Assembly: GCF_004010195.1 (NCBI RefSeq)
Contig: NC_057751.1
Span: forward strand, 12,257,508-12,321,507
From: Chiloscyllium plagiosum
Lineage: Eukaryota
Direction of reading: 5' to 3'
Length of the DNA stretch: 64,000 nucleotides
In this document: piece after piece, positions 40,171-54,034 of the stretch
Layout of the letters: each line of letters starts with the position of its first letter
Position numbering within the stretch: position 1 is the first letter of the stretch
Program-made: the position numbers and the translations under genes
Notes under the pieces: generated by a model
Database searches by the model: none
What the model saw: only the letters and a program-made list of their open reading frames with translations
Told to the model about the DNA's origin: nothing

Positions 40171-40640
40171 ATGACTTCCCAAAAAGCATTACCTCAAACT
40201 TACCAGAGTTGAATTCCATCTGCCACTTCCCTGCCCAATCGATCAACCTATCCATATCATTTTGGAGCTTAGAGCTATCCTCCACAGTATCCATGAGATC
40301 GACTATTTTTGTGTCCTTTGCACATTTCCCAATTGTGCCCCCCATGTTCAAATCCAAATCGTTAATGCATAAAATGTACAACAGGGGCCCTAATACCAAG
40401 CCCTGTGGGACATCACTTGAAACAGCTTTCCATTTGCAAGGGCAGCCTTCAACCATTACCCTTTGTTTCCTGTTATTAATCCAACTTTGGACCCAATTAA
40501 GCACATTATTCTGTAGTCCATGAGCTTCCCTTGTTTGATCAGCCTGCCAGTAGGACCTTGTAAAATCCATGTTGACAACTTTCACTGTACTACACTCATC
40601 AATCTTCCTTGTCACTTCCTCCGAGATTCCAATCAAATTT
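40171..40640 (-). mobile_element. CR1 RT fragment
   Basis: RKQRVMVEG...VSSDVPQGLVLGPLLYILCINDLD...GKCAKDTK...WQMEFNSGKFEV. Confidence 0.93.
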
Positions 40641-41069
40641 GTGAAATAATCTTGTTGCTAAAACTTCCATGGCATTATTTCCAAATGATTCAAAAGTGGG
40701 GCGACCTTTTGGGTTTACCTGCTGCACAGTTCAAGGTCAAGGTTTTTTCCACAAAATGAAATTGTAAATTTTATCAAAACTGCTACAATACCACAATTGG
40801 TAGGACCTTACATCTTCAGTTTGATATTTTTAAAAATTCTTATGTGATGTGCATGTTACTGGAAAGGCTGGCATTTGTCACACATCCCCATTGCCTTTTG
40901 GACCAACTGGCTCTGTAGGACACTTCACAGCATCAAGAATCAACCACATTGTTTCTTGTCATTGTCATTGTGGAATCATATGTAGGCCAGAGCAGGCAAG
41001 AATTATTTGAACTTCACAATTTTTACCTTGACTCTGATTTACTTCGTAATGCAAAATAGAGTTTAAAAC

Positions 41070-41300
41070 AAAATGATCACAGGCATTATTTTGAAGAAGA
41101 ACAGGGGAGTTAGTCTTGGTGTCCTGGCCAGTATTTCTCCCTGATTTAACAACATTAAAGCAAATTATACACTGGCTTGTCATGTTTCTGAATTTGGAAG
41201 ATTGATCTCCAAAAATAGGCTGCTGTTTTTCATATATGGGATTTGTGAGGACCTTATAATATCTTAAAGGACTTTGGTGGCTGCAAGGTACTTGGGAAAA
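41070..41300 (+). mobile_element. SacSINE1-like SINE fragment
   Basis: GGCATTATTTTGAAGAAGAACAGGGGAGTT...GTGTCCTGGCCAGTATTT Deu-domain motif. Confidence 0.6.
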
Positions 41301-44300
41301 ATGTCATACAAATTGAAGACATAAAAAAAAGATATTTTTAACAAATAATACAGTCTGATGATGCTCACTCATTTTGGAAAATATGAAGGTTCACATGAGG
41401 AGCTGTACCCCACAAGACCCTTTGAACTAAAAAGGCAGCACATTCAGGGAGGAATTTGGAGGAGGGGAGTTTTGAGCGGTTGGGTGTTCAGGGTACAACA
41501 ACGTACAAATGATTGACCATGGCCTTCTGAATGCAAAGTGTGCTTCAGAAAGTAGCCTTTTTATCTTTTTCTTTCCCTCTCGTCCTTTATAACCTGAAAA
41601 TTTCTTTTGTTGTTATGCAACGATTTGGCTGACCATTCTCAAGCAAAGTGCTATGCAATAACATTATTAATTTTCCCGCACTGCTATTTCTCTGCATGAC
41701 AGAAATGTCCATGTGTAACACTAATTGATCTGTAAAAACCTTATATGTGTGCACAGCATTTTGTTTAGGCTGATGGACACAGAATATTAGTGATTTAGAA
41801 TGTGCAATGACCTGGAGCAAAGAGTTCAACCATTCCAAATGCATCTTTGTTTTTGAACAACTTTAGGTAATAGTGTCATAAAAGGGCTTTGCCTTGAAAG
41901 CTTTCTGACATTGAGTGTAAATATACCAGGAACAGTGAATGATAAAGGATGATACTTTTGTTGTCATCTGCATACCAGAGCAATAACACAAGCCAGTAAA
42001 GCAGTTTGAGGAATCATAGAATGAGATGACACTAAAGGACACCAGCTATTCAAACATATTGTCTGTGTCACCTCTTACAACAAGTTTGCCAATTAGTCTC
42101 CTCTCCATTCTCTCTTTTGGCTCCTGTAAATTCTTGCTTTTCAACTCTGTTACAACTGCATTTTCAAAGTGAAAGTTGCAAGTTTTAGATAATTTATACT
42201 TAAATAAATGAATAAACGAATGCTGCTTTTTTTTTTGCCAAACACCTTGAATCTTTGTTCTGCTTACTATGCTTCCCACAGCTTGTTATAAAATTTTTCC
42301 CTATTTACTCGTATAGAGCTTTATATTATTTTAAGCAATTTGAGTAACTACTTTCTTTTGTTTTCATGTCCTTTCCATTCATTTTCTGGTTTTATCATTT
42401 GATGAACTGATTTCTCAATTCTGCCCTATGTTTTCTTCAGGGAATTCACACAGATTCTGGTGTGGTGAAAAGGAGGGATTATTGCACTAAATCCTCATTT
42501 TGATCACCTCTTCTTAATCCTCACCCAATGCTGATAGGTCACTTAAAAAGTAGTTTTAGTGCCTTTCAATAGGCGGATGTAGTGTTTTACATGCTACTAC
42601 AGAACAACAGTTTTGACCCTCATGCTGCTACATTCGTGGGTTACATGTGACCAGTGTCCATGAAGTATGACCGAAACGTTGGTGCTGCCTAATGTGGAAT
42701 GTGGAGGCACTGAGGAGCAAGTGATGAGCTGATATCACTAGACCCATAATATGTATTCTGATTTCTCTGCAAAGCGACTGCCAGACTTGCTGAGCTTTTC
42801 CAGCAACTTCTGTTTTTGTTTCTGAGTTATAGCATCGGCAGTTCTTTCGGTTTTTATCAATCCACATTGATTATTGCAAAATCCGGCATCACCTCACCAT
42901 AAGGAGCATTTTTCAAGCTTTCACGGTCTTCATCTGTACTCAATTCCAAATTTACCAAATATTCTACTGCCAACATCCTGTTGCCTATAAACCTTGACCC
43001 TTGCCAACTTCCTGTTCCAAATGCAGCATCTCCAAAACACATGTTCCTGCTCACCTACCTCATTTTCTAGCATCATCCTATCTACACAATCATCTCCAAA
43101 CCCAAGGTTCAGACTGTGCCCACTTCTGTGTCTACTAATATATGAATGCAGAACAATTTTTCGTACAGAGTTGATTAATTTTCCCTGAAAACAGCAAGAA
43201 AGCAGTGTTAAGTAAACGCATTAGGTATTCTCATGCGATTGCCTCATGACCTAATCTCAAGGCCACAAAGGAAGTGTACATCAAACATATCATATTATTC
43301 AGCACCCTCTTACTAAAAAGGTGACCACAACAACTTGGCAATAGTGTTTCTAGGCAAAGCTGCAAAGCACACTTGACATTCCTGCAGAATAGTAACAATG
43401 CCATTTGAATTCAAATTGACTGCATTTAGTTTTGGGTATTCCCATGTTTATTCTCGCCATTTTCAGGCTGACACATTAGGTCCAATAACTGAGCACACTT
43501 ATGCTCAGGCTGCATACGTAAACAGTGGTGACTGAGATTCATGAGAACCAAAGAAAGACTCCACAAATTGTCAGAATTGTACTAACAGAAATCCAGGCAT
43601 AGATTTTAACAGCTCTTTCATTGCTGGAATCGATGGGGCTGTGACTTGAAAAAAAAGTAGCATAAAAATTGAACAAAATAATGCACCAGAAGATTGTCAA
43701 TGCTTGTCCATTTGGTAATCATTTGAAAGTGAAATTTTCATAGGAACTATTCATTATCTGCATCGGAATACTATCATTTTGTAATACAAGAGAGAATATT
43801 TCATACAGTTAATTTCGAAAGACACTAACCAGCTAAAATGCTTCAAACATTTCAATCAGTTAAAAGCTAGACACTTCAAGATTGCAAATGTATGTAAGGG
43901 AGACAGCATCTGCAGTCTTCACTTTCTCCTAATGTATGTAAGGGAGTCAAGATTTTGTCATGCCAATCTCAAGTTTCAAAACCTTATTGGTTGTAGAGGA
44001 GGGCATGAGGGAGAACTAAAGGGTTCCAGAAGGTTGTTGATATGAGTAAGTTTTGAATAGCATGTAAGCAATCTTTATTTCAGCACAGTGAGGACATAGC
44101 ATGAATTTGTTCAAGGAAACAACATCTCGTTATGAGATAAAATAAGTTGATTTTCTCAATTCTCCCCTGTTTTCAAAGAAGAAAGATGATATTGGAATAA
44201 CATTCCTTCCTTGCTGAAGGATGTGACAGAAAATCTTGTTTTTCTCATTCTTTTTCAGCAATTTTTATCATAGGAAGCTTCACCTCACTGCAAATGCTGC

Positions 44301-45659
44301 TCGCCCATTAATTTAATTTCCCCTTTCCCCCACTCTTTTAGCTCTTTCCCATTCTGTTTAGATCACTGACTTTGTGCCACTTCCAATGGATAAATCAAGT
44401 GACCAGTCCTAAGATTTCTGCTAATGCTGTTTCTGAACTAAGTGGTGACAGGCAACATATGGTATGTGCGCTCCACTTCGTTTCTGTTGTACAGGACTGA
44501 ATTCACATGCATCCAACACATCCACCTGATAATCCAACTACAAGTTCATTAAGAATCTGTAGCTTAACAGACTCGGAATATAGTGACTTCTGCAAAGGAA
44601 ACTGTGTCTTTAAATCTACCAAAGTATTCAGAAGCTTGTTATCCCCCTGCAAATGCAATTTTGTTATGCTCCAGGATCATAAGCCTGATACTAGAAACAA
44701 ATATTGTACTCCCTTTTTGTCCATGGATAGCAAATGCACTCTTCAAATTACGATATAGCCAGGGGCAACAATAAATATTTTTGATTGATTCTAAAGGGGA
44801 TCATTTGTATTTTGCCAATTCAATGCAGCTGCTAAATATCAACTTACATTTATCATACTTCCTTCACACGTTATAAAATCATCAGCAAGTTCTTTCCCTA
44901 TGCAATGGCAACTGGGATATTTCATCCTTTTCGGAGCACTTAAAAAAGATTCATGATGACGGCTAGATTCTCATTACTCAATATTTTTGCTGTCTTTTTT
45001 TGTACTTCATTCTTTGTTGAGAAAACCACCCATCTTTTCTATTATTGACAAAATTCTTTTGAAGAGCAAGTTTTTTGTGTGTGTTTGATAAGATCGTAAA
45101 TTTTAAATGAGTGGCAGCATATGGCATAGCCAGCTAGTGCTGATTGATTGCTTCTCTAATAACTTACTGCCCTGGCAGCTCTCTCCCGTGTCACTTTACA
45201 GAATCTGAATAGTCATTTTGTTTGAAATCACAAGCCATGCCACTGTTTTGGAAATTTCGTTATCAACGTAGGAGATGTCTAACGTTTCATTCTCTCTTTG
45301 AGGCAACAGGAAGGTTAATCTGGATTGCACACACTCTTGTTTGTCAGTTTACATCAAAACACAAATGTGACAATAATATATCTTTGCCATTCAAAATTCG
45401 GCCAAAAATATGTTGCAGCGTCCTGTTATAGAAGCAAGATGTTTTAGTAAAGATAGGCACATCATCTGCGACCGATCTACATCCTGAAAGGTTATTCTGT
45501 GCATCAAAGTCCATAGTGTGCACATTGTTTTTCTCTGCCGCCTGAAAATCCATGGTAACAAACTGCATGTATGAAAGCAGGTCACAATGAGCAAAAACAA
45601 CACAGATCTCACTCCATGAGCTTTGATTGTGGTGATGAGCCCTGTTGGCTCATGCTCAC

Positions 45660-46070
45660 CTTTGAGAATGCGGGCGGTGGGGGGGAGAAGATAGAGGGAA
45701 AGCTCCGGCAAAAGAGGCAACTTCTACTGCTAAAAAAAAATTAGTGAGCGCGACAAGTTTTAACATCTTACGCCCTAGAAAAAGAAATGTAAGAAAGTTA
45801 CAACGCTTGATTTTTTTTAAACAGAGAAAATCCCACTTCACAATACCTGCAGTTGCAAACCAGCCCCTCGGTAATATCCAGAAGGAAGCGCACAGAGATT
45901 GTGTTGTAGTTTGACAGAGACACTGTAAGCCATTCGATGTAAACATTCAGGAGTAAGAAGACAGGAGGGGATAAGATCATCACCGTATCTTTTTTTCTCG
46001 GTCTGTCTGTGTAAATACAACATTGATGTTCAGTGACTGCACTAGAGTAGAATGGAAGCTCCCACCCTCT
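45660..46070 (-). other. ZMAT4: Candidate non-coding first exon(s) of ZMAT4
   Basis: Strong donor CTCAAAG|GTGAGC at 45660/45659, in a repeat-free and locally CpG-richer segment about 14 kb upstream of the ATG exon. The ATG exon starts with a splice acceptor, so an upstream exon is required. The 5' boundary is a guess. Confidence 0.6.
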
Positions 46071-46260
46071 GCCTCCTCCCGATTCTCCATTGGCTACTGG
46101 ATCCAGAACCCTGCTACCCCATTGGATTAGATAGATGCTAGTCATTGTCCATACGCCTTCTTAGCAACCAGGTTGCTCAGCTGGCGTTGCCTCTTGCTTG
46201 ATTGCTCTGAGGGACGGGGAAGAAAATAGGGTGACTTGTCGTCTCCTCAATGTTGACACG
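46060..46260 (-). promoter_or_regulatory. Candidate ZMAT4 promoter
   Basis: Two CCAAT boxes on the minus strand (ATTGG at about 46090 and 46121), a C-rich tract CCCACCCTCTGCCTCCTCCC, inverted RFX-like half-sites AGCAAC-CAG-GTTGCT at 46163-46177, and retained CpGs. Confidence 0.5.
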
Positions 46261-48904
46261 TACAATTGGGGAACTATGAGTTCTTTCATCATGTTTCATG
46301 TAAGTTTTCTTTTATTTTCACGACAATAGAGGACTGCATATTTTACTTTGTACTTAGTCCAGGATCCACAATTGGCAAAAGGTTCACAGATTTAAAAATT
46401 TTGTGGAATAATGTGGATTGCACTTTTGTTTTGGAGTGTTTTCGTACATTTTGCTTCCCAAAAAGAAATCACGTCACCCATCACCCAGCAAAATGGAGGA
46501 GTCTTCCTTGGTCCTGAATTTGTGTTTTGATTGTACATCGCATCTAATTGTGTTTCTGTTGTTTTTAAAAAAAGTCTTTAAAGCTTTGATTTACTATATT
46601 GGACTGTTGCTTTCACCCGCACGAGAAGATATTTTGGATGTTACATTCCAAACATTACTGCTCAGACCTGCGCAAGGAAGACTCAATGAAAGTGAAAGAA
46701 ATAGGACATGAAGATTTTAAAAAAGAAACAAAATTGGTCTACTAATACACCCTGCCTCATACTCCAGGACATTGAAGAGCACTAAGTATTTTCAGATTCA
46801 CTCTGAATTTCTCCTGGTGCAGTCTCCATTAAATTAAACCTGGTATCATTTTCTAAAGGCAAAGATAGTAATGTGGAAAAACAGAAAGGATCCTGGAGTT
46901 TGGGGCAAACTGGGAATCAGGACAGTGCAATTCCTTGGATTGTGTTTGCTAACTGACCACCTTCCTTCGTGCATTCAAACCATCGCTGTGCGACAGGATT
47001 CAGGGGAGGCTGAGAGCGTTCAGGCAGATCAAGACCATGAGTTGCAGAAACTTTTTGCTCGTACCAGGGTAAATCCAGATGGAAGAATACAGGCCCATTG
47101 CGAGACAATCTGAGGACCATTTGTCTGACTAGTCCACTTGAAGCATTAGAGAGGAACACTCCTATCCTTATGAGGCAGGCAAAGACAGATTTTTAAGTAA
47201 GCACAGAATGCCTGCTCTTTTGTGTGGTGGCCATCCCATACAATGGGCTGTTAAAATTTTGTCAGGGTCAAAATTACATTACATCACATCAACTGGTTTG
47301 TAGACATTATTTACCATGGTTAGTTCAGCAGCTTCAAATAAACTTTAGAAAGTGCACAGTTAAATCTTTGCACAGATATTTCAACTACAATCCCATCTTG
47401 TTCAAAGTCCATGTGGCAACCTATAATCTTTCAGCAAAGACTGCTGAAATAATAGTCTTTTGCCAACTATGGGGTTGATCAGATTTTAACTAAACATGGG
47501 TGACTTAATTCCAAAGCTGATCACAGTTCTGACTAATGATCAAATGTCTGGCTTTTAGTTGGGTTACCAGTTCTGAACCTGCAGATGTTGTGGTTTTGGT
47601 CTATTGTGCATCTTGCTTTTGTGTTACCAGCTCTGCTGAGTTATCTGATTATCACCAAGGGTAACTGTTGCAGCCCTGAGATTTTTATTTCCATCATCTG
47701 ATAGCAAGAGAACTGAAAATTAAGCCACTGCTCAACCGGGTATATGTGTCGGACTGGTTGAAATTAAACTTGGTTTTGTTCTGCAAGAGTCAACTCCCTT
47801 TATCCATCTGAATCAAGTACTAGAAGACTGAGGGTTCCCATGGAACTGTTTTCCCCCAAGCAGAAAGGAAGACAGGCATGCATTGATATTAATGACCTCG
47901 CGTTGGCCTAAATCACTTTACAGTCAATCATTTTTGAAATATAAGAAAGCATCTGAAAGGAATTGAAAAATGATGGGAATAAAAACCAGAAATAAAAACT
48001 CAAAATACTTAAAATTAACATTTTGTTATCTTTTGTAGGAAAAAGAGATGAGAATTTTAGATAATTCCTTTTTCATGAGAGACATTCTCATGTCTTTTCT
48101 TTTGGAATTCACTCAGTGAATTCCTCTCCACATTGAGCTTTGTCTGTTTTTCCTTGCTATGCAGCATGCCCTTTTCTCATACATAAATGCAGGTGTACAC
48201 ATTTACGTTTGTCAATGTTCATTCTGTGTTGTCTTTTTGCAACTAGGATAGCTAAGTGGATTAACACTGTGTGCTCTGCTCTTCTGAGTTCAGCATTACT
48301 CATAGCTCTGTCTACAAAACTGAGTGTTCCTTTTCCTGTAAGGATTTTCAATTAAATAAGATGAGAAGGACAGTGTTGAGAGTGAAGGGAAGCCACAAAG
48401 AAATAGTCCAGTGAAAGAGAACAAATAATAAATCTGAAATGGCAGAGAAAGCAGTAGCAATTCTTGACAGAAATTAAATGTTTTTAGAAACTAGGTTTCT
48501 GTGAAATAAATTCATTGCTGGCAAAGCCATAGGATGAAAACATTCTCTCCCTCCACATTCTGTACAATGCTGTGATTATTCTGACAGGCATATACAAGAT
48601 AAAATCTCCTCCTGAAGCTGGATCGTAGAGAGATGGGGAAGTGGAAGAAACATTGCACCCTTCCAGCACCTGGGAAATATCATGACCTATTGCACCCTAC
48701 ATTTTTTTCATCAGTACATTCTCTGGATTCTTGTCTAACTTGGTCTTGAATTTGCTGGTACAAATGGGGCCCTCTCCTCACAGTGTAAAGTTGTGAAATC
48801 TTTCTCACTCTCCTTAGCTTAAAATACAACTGATCAGTGTTGACCATTTTAGACGTGTTGAGATTTAACTTGCCCGTACTCTTTGTGGGTATGATACAAA
48901 CATT

Positions 48905-49763
48905 GGAAAGTAGAACAGAAATAGGCATTCAGTCCCTCCAGCCTACTCAGCTTTTGGATAAGATCATGGCTGGTCTGATTGGAACCTCTAATTCATATTT
49001 CTGCTTCCCCTTGATAATGAACATCTATCGATCTCTACCTTACAAATGTTCAAGGACTCTGTTCCCACCAAGTTTTCAGGAAGAGCATGCCAAAGACCCA
49101 TGACCCTCTCAGAATAAAGAAATTCAACGTATCTCTGTTTTAAAACGGCAAGCACTGATTTTTGAACAGTCACTCCTTGTTGTAGATTCTTTCATGTTCA
49201 CACCAACCCTGTTGGGATCTTAGTGAGGTAAACATTCTCTCAACTTCCAATGCATTTGAATTCTTCCTTTAAGTAAGGAAGAATACTGGACACTGTTCTA
49301 GATGTGGACTTACCAGTGCCATGACAGAAGCAGAGAGTCACTCCTTTTGTATTCAGTTTTTCTCACTGTAAATGGTAGCATTCTGTTAGTTTGCCTAATT
49401 ACTTGGTGCACCTAGAGTCATAGAGATGTACAGCACGGAAACAGACCCGTCAGTCCAATTTGTCCTTGCTGACCAGATAAGTTGACCTAATCTAGTCCTA
49501 TTTACCTGCACTTGGCCCATATCCCTCTAAACCCTTCCTATTCATATACCCACCCAGATGTCTTTTAAATGCTGTAATTATATCAGCTGTCATCGCTTCC
49601 TCTGGCAGCTCATTCCATACACATACCACCCTCTGTGTGAAAAGGTTGCCCCTTTGGTCCCTTTTATATCTTTTCCCCTCTCAGCCTAAACCTATGCCCT
49701 CTAGTTCTGGGCTCCCCGCTCCTCCAGGGAACCTTGTCTGCTTATCCTATCTATGCCCCTCAT
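48905..49763 (-). mobile_element. Older CR1-like fragment with a younger CR1 3' end (49414-49763) inserted
   Basis: FLYSERVMGLWHALPENLV; TAGAGTCATAGAGATGTACAGCACGGAAACAG is a CR1 3' terminus. Confidence 0.82.
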
Positions 49764-50884
49764 CACGATAACCTTTTGTGATTTGTGCACAGACACCTGG
49801 AGTGTTGCAATCTCTCACTATTTAGGTAATGTGCTTTTTTTTATTAATCCTTCTAAAATTGGCAATTTCACATTTTGATGATGCCTGGTATCTTCCCTCT
49901 TCAGTGCAAGCATCAGCAGCATTTTGTTGGAACTCCAGTCCAGACAAACCAACACATTGAGCACTTTGGCTGCTCCCTTTCCAGGGCCCACATTTGTTTT
50001 GCATAATATGATGATTAGAACCAAATTCTGTCTGCTGAGTGGTCCTATATATAAATAAAAACCTGTACACACTCAGCACCTCCTGGAGATTTGTGCTTTA
50101 ATCCTCTGGTTGCACAAGCCACAATCCCATTTGCTCTCTTTACTGCTGTCACATTGATGGCTTCAGCAATCTATCTGTCAGCACCCGCGAATCCCCCTCT
50201 CTTGTTTACTGGCCTGGAGAATAACACCATTTAGCTGTGTACAGGATGCTGAGTAAAATCAGTAATTCTGACATAATACTGTATTCTGTTAGATATTAAG
50301 TTAATATCTTACTACCATTTCTGAGGTATCATTAGAAGTTGATCGCTGCTTATCTTGAGAAAGGAGCTCTTCATCAAATATAAACCCTTTGAACAGCAAT
50401 TATTCATTTTTACCAATGGGGCTGAGTTGGGGGGACAAATGGGAAGATGGTTATGTCATTTCGTAAGCACTAGCAGATAGATTATTGATTCGGATAGTAC
50501 GTTTGGCTGACAGAGAGAGACTGTTAATGCATGGCTGAAGCCAGAATTGCTATAACAAACTCAATTGCTACAGGTCAATAGTTACATCACTATCTAACCT
50601 ATTGGTCACAATGAATCATTCCAGCAGAAGGAAATGTTAAGCTGATTTAATCATTCAGGCATACTCATGCTTCAATCAGCATTTATTATAGGTTTTCTAA
50701 CATTAGAGATTGTATTTGGGGGAAAAAAAAATATGCTCGTATGTAATTTGAAATGCACTCCCATAACTCTTGACAACAGATTCCAGAAACTGATAGGACA
50801 GGATTAATGAAAAGAAAAACACTTTCTGAAGTTCCACAAGCACTGTAAACAAAGCTTTTTTTTTTACAAAATGAAATTAATAAG

Positions 50885-51540
50885 ATGAGTCTGGAGAAGG
50901 TGGTGGTGAGCTGCCACTTTGAACCATTATGGTCCATGGGGTGGAGAGACATCCAAGTGCATTTGTGCCATTCCAGAAATTTGACCCAAAGACAGTGGAG
51001 GAAGGATGATGCAGTTCCAAGTCGGGATGGCATGCGGCTTAGAGGGGAACTTACAGTGATAGTGTCCCCTTTGTCCCTCTCCGTGGTAGGGTCACGTGTT
51101 TGGAAGGTGTAGCTGGCGAAGCCTTGGTTGGGATACACACTGCTGCCGCTGTATGTCTGTGGTGAACAATGTTCCCTCTAAGCTGTGTGTCTACATGCAC
51201 ATGTAGGTGCTCCCAGGTTCTGCTCACAGCAGTCAGCGTGCTGATGCGGATTGTAGCATTGACATCCAGTTCCAGAAGTCTCTGTTGTTTGTGGACCTCA
51301 GAAGAAAAATTTAGAGGGGTTGCATATGGTGAAGTGAATGAATGTTGAAGATGTGATGCCAATCAAGGTGGCTGCCTTGTCCTGGGCGATGTTGAGTTTC
51401 TTTCTTGTGATTGGAGCTGCACTCATCCAGGCCGGGGGAGTAGTCCACTACCCTCCTGATTTGTAGATGGTGGGTAGGCTTTCAGGAGGCAGGAGGTAAG
51501 TTGTATACCATTCTTAGCCTCTGACCTGCTTTTGCAGAAA
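50885..51540 (-). mobile_element. LINE 3' fragment (same family as 5275-5670)
   Basis: GAGAAGGTGGTGGTGAGCTGCC...GGAGCTGCACTCATCCAGGC is colinear with the 4.5-5.7 kb copy. Confidence 0.75.
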
Positions 51541-51551
51541 CATATTTAACT

Positions 51552-51589
51552 GGTTCTGAGGAAGGGTCACTGGACTTGAAACGTTAGCT
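51552..51589 (+). ncRNA. Minimal hammerhead-like motif in a third Penelope-like family
   Basis: GGTT-CTGAGGA-A-GGGTC-ACTG-GACTT-GAAA-CG-TT-AGCT; stems depend on G-U pairs. Confidence 0.45.
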
Positions 51590-51625
51590 CTGTCTTCTCT
51601 TGATAGATACTGTCAGACCTGCTGA

Positions 51626-51670
51626 GTTTCTCCAGCAATTTCTGTGTTTCTCCAGCAATTTCTGTGTTTC
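51626..51670 (+). repeat. 20-bp tandem duplication inside a Penelope-like fragment
   Basis: (GTTTCTCCAGCAATTTCTGT)x2 followed by GTTTC. Confidence 0.9.
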
Positions 51671-53434
51671 ATAAATGCAGCATGTGCAGCTTTTAACCAG
51701 TTTGGATTTGTTTTGAATTTTGTGAACAGGAAATAGCCTAGAAATGCTTAGTTGGGTTCAATTAAAAGTACCACAATGCTATATGTTGTCCTAAACGTGA
51801 TGATGAATTAGTCAAAACCAAGCACGAAACAGAGGATTTGAAGGTAGAAGTTGGAGATATGGAGCAATGAGAACTAATTTATTGGTCACTAGAAATTTTA
51901 GCCCAGTGATGTTTGTATTGATGGCAGATTCTTTGTTGTGCATTACTTGACAGTGGCTGCATGTCTGCCATGTGTAAAATAGACTGGCTAAACTGCTATT
52001 GAGATTCTGAGTAAAATCAAATGGGACAATGTGAAGGAATTTGAGTTCAACCAAATTTCCACTTGTTGATGTTAACATACTAAAATGCTTAAAGTGCACC
52101 TATCCCTTGAATCCAGATTATTTACAATCATTTTGTTAAGAGATGGAGTGTCAAATGAAATACCCTTGTTATTGACCGTATCATTGATGAAGAAAGCACG
52201 GATGAAACAGGATACGGAAAACAATAAAGCTCTTCCATTTGGAAAATCTGAATTTGCACTTTACACACTTGAGATATGATTGTATTCCTTTAATTGAAGA
52301 TAACCTCTGAACTAAGAAATTTAAGAAGTGTTATTGACATCAGACATAAAGATTTCAAAGACAAAAAGTCGATTGTGTTGAAATTACGGAGGCAATTTGC
52401 CCATCCACCTTCTAAAAGATTAAAACTAATGATGGGCTATAATATCATGTAATAGCTAAGTAATAGATACAAGATTTCTATGAAACCATTGTAGGATATC
52501 ATTACACCCTTTAAGAAGTCCGCTGTTAGCAAGCAATTTCAATGAGATAATGACTTGGATTCAAAGTGTGGGCCAAAGGATTAAAACATGTACATTTTTA
52601 CATTTCGAAAACTTTGGCAATCCGATTGTATCAGGCATCAGTAAAAAAAAAAACCCAGCAAAGATGAGAAAAGGAAAATCAGGTCCTGATAAGACAATAG
52701 AAAAGTGGTTAGGGATCAGATTTGGACTACTGGTAAAATTTCTCACTGATAATGGGGAGTGGGGGCAGCAGTATTTGCTCATGATGAATTCAGATACATT
52801 TGTGTGGATATGCACATAATATTAATGAATTTGGCAGCGGAGAGCCCTTTAGTAATGGGTAATGTGAAAGAAACAACGATAGACTAAATGGTTTGTAGGA
52901 TTTTGGCAGATCAGCCAAATTGTAAATTATCATTTGCACTTGCATGGCATTGCAGATGCCATAAATTCATTGCGCTTGGTCAGAAGATTAGAATCCACAT
53001 CAGTTTGTAGTAGGAATCCCAAAGATCCATCAGTGTCAAGTGATCAGCCCTCAGAATGGGGAAGGGCTGTAATTGGTTCAACTTTCATGAAGCATTTGAA
53101 TTGCATGTGTTATATTGCATTTTTTCTAGAGCCTTTGAATACCTGGCATACCGACAGAAAATCTTTCATTAAGGCTGAATTTTCAGAAACAATTCAACAA
53201 GTCTTAAAGTGAGGCCATTGGAAACTAGCTTCCATCTGTGAAATCTGGTCATTACAAGAAAGACAGACTTCAAGAATGGAGAGGCCTCGGAATGGTTATC
53301 GATGAAGACAGAAAAATAATAATTGCATAGCATGGGAACCAGACTGTTTGGATGCACTTTTAAAGATTGCGTGGTATGGATTACAAATTTGCAGATTCTG
53401 AAGGAGTCGCAGAAAACAATGAAAAACCAAGTAC

Positions 53435-53579
53435 TTAAAAATGTGTTGCTGGAAAAGCACAGCAGATCAGGCAGCATCAAAGCAACAGGAGAATCGACAT
53501 TTCGGGCATAAGCCCTTCTTCCAGCAACACATTTTTAAGCTCTGATCTCCAGCATCTGCAGTCCTCACTTTCTCCTCGT
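53435..53579. mobile_element. Penelope-like fold-back insertion (family A) with 15-bp TSD
   Basis: TSD TGAAAAACCAAGTAC at 53420-53434 and 53580-53594; an inverted partial unit is followed by the direct terminus ...CTCACTTTCTCC. Confidence 0.88.
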
Positions 53580-54034
53580 TGAAAAACCAAGTACCCCTCA
53601 GACTAAAATGTTGCAGCTCTGAGGATCAAACTGCTATAAATGAGAGTTCCTCTAATGATGGGTAGTTCAGTTTTGATGATCAATAGGAGGTAATTGGTCC
53701 CAAAGCACAACTGATTTAAAAAGTGGATAGTAAAGTTAAATATTCACTTGGAGGAATGAGTTAATGGAGAAATGTAACTGATATACTTTGAGCAGGGAAG
53801 GTCACTGGAAAATATAAAAGCTGGCTGAAGGTACAGGATGAGGGGCATGAATTTAGGCCTGTTGATTGGGAACATGAAGTACAGACATGGAAGGAAAGAA
53901 TTGTAGGCTTAAACACTGGGTCAGAGAGCAAACGTGCCTCTAGAAAGATATCATTAACCATTGACAGAAATTCTGTGAAGAGGAGGGGAATGTCAAACAG
54001 TTACAGAAAGAGAGGCAAGATGGAGATTGGAAGC

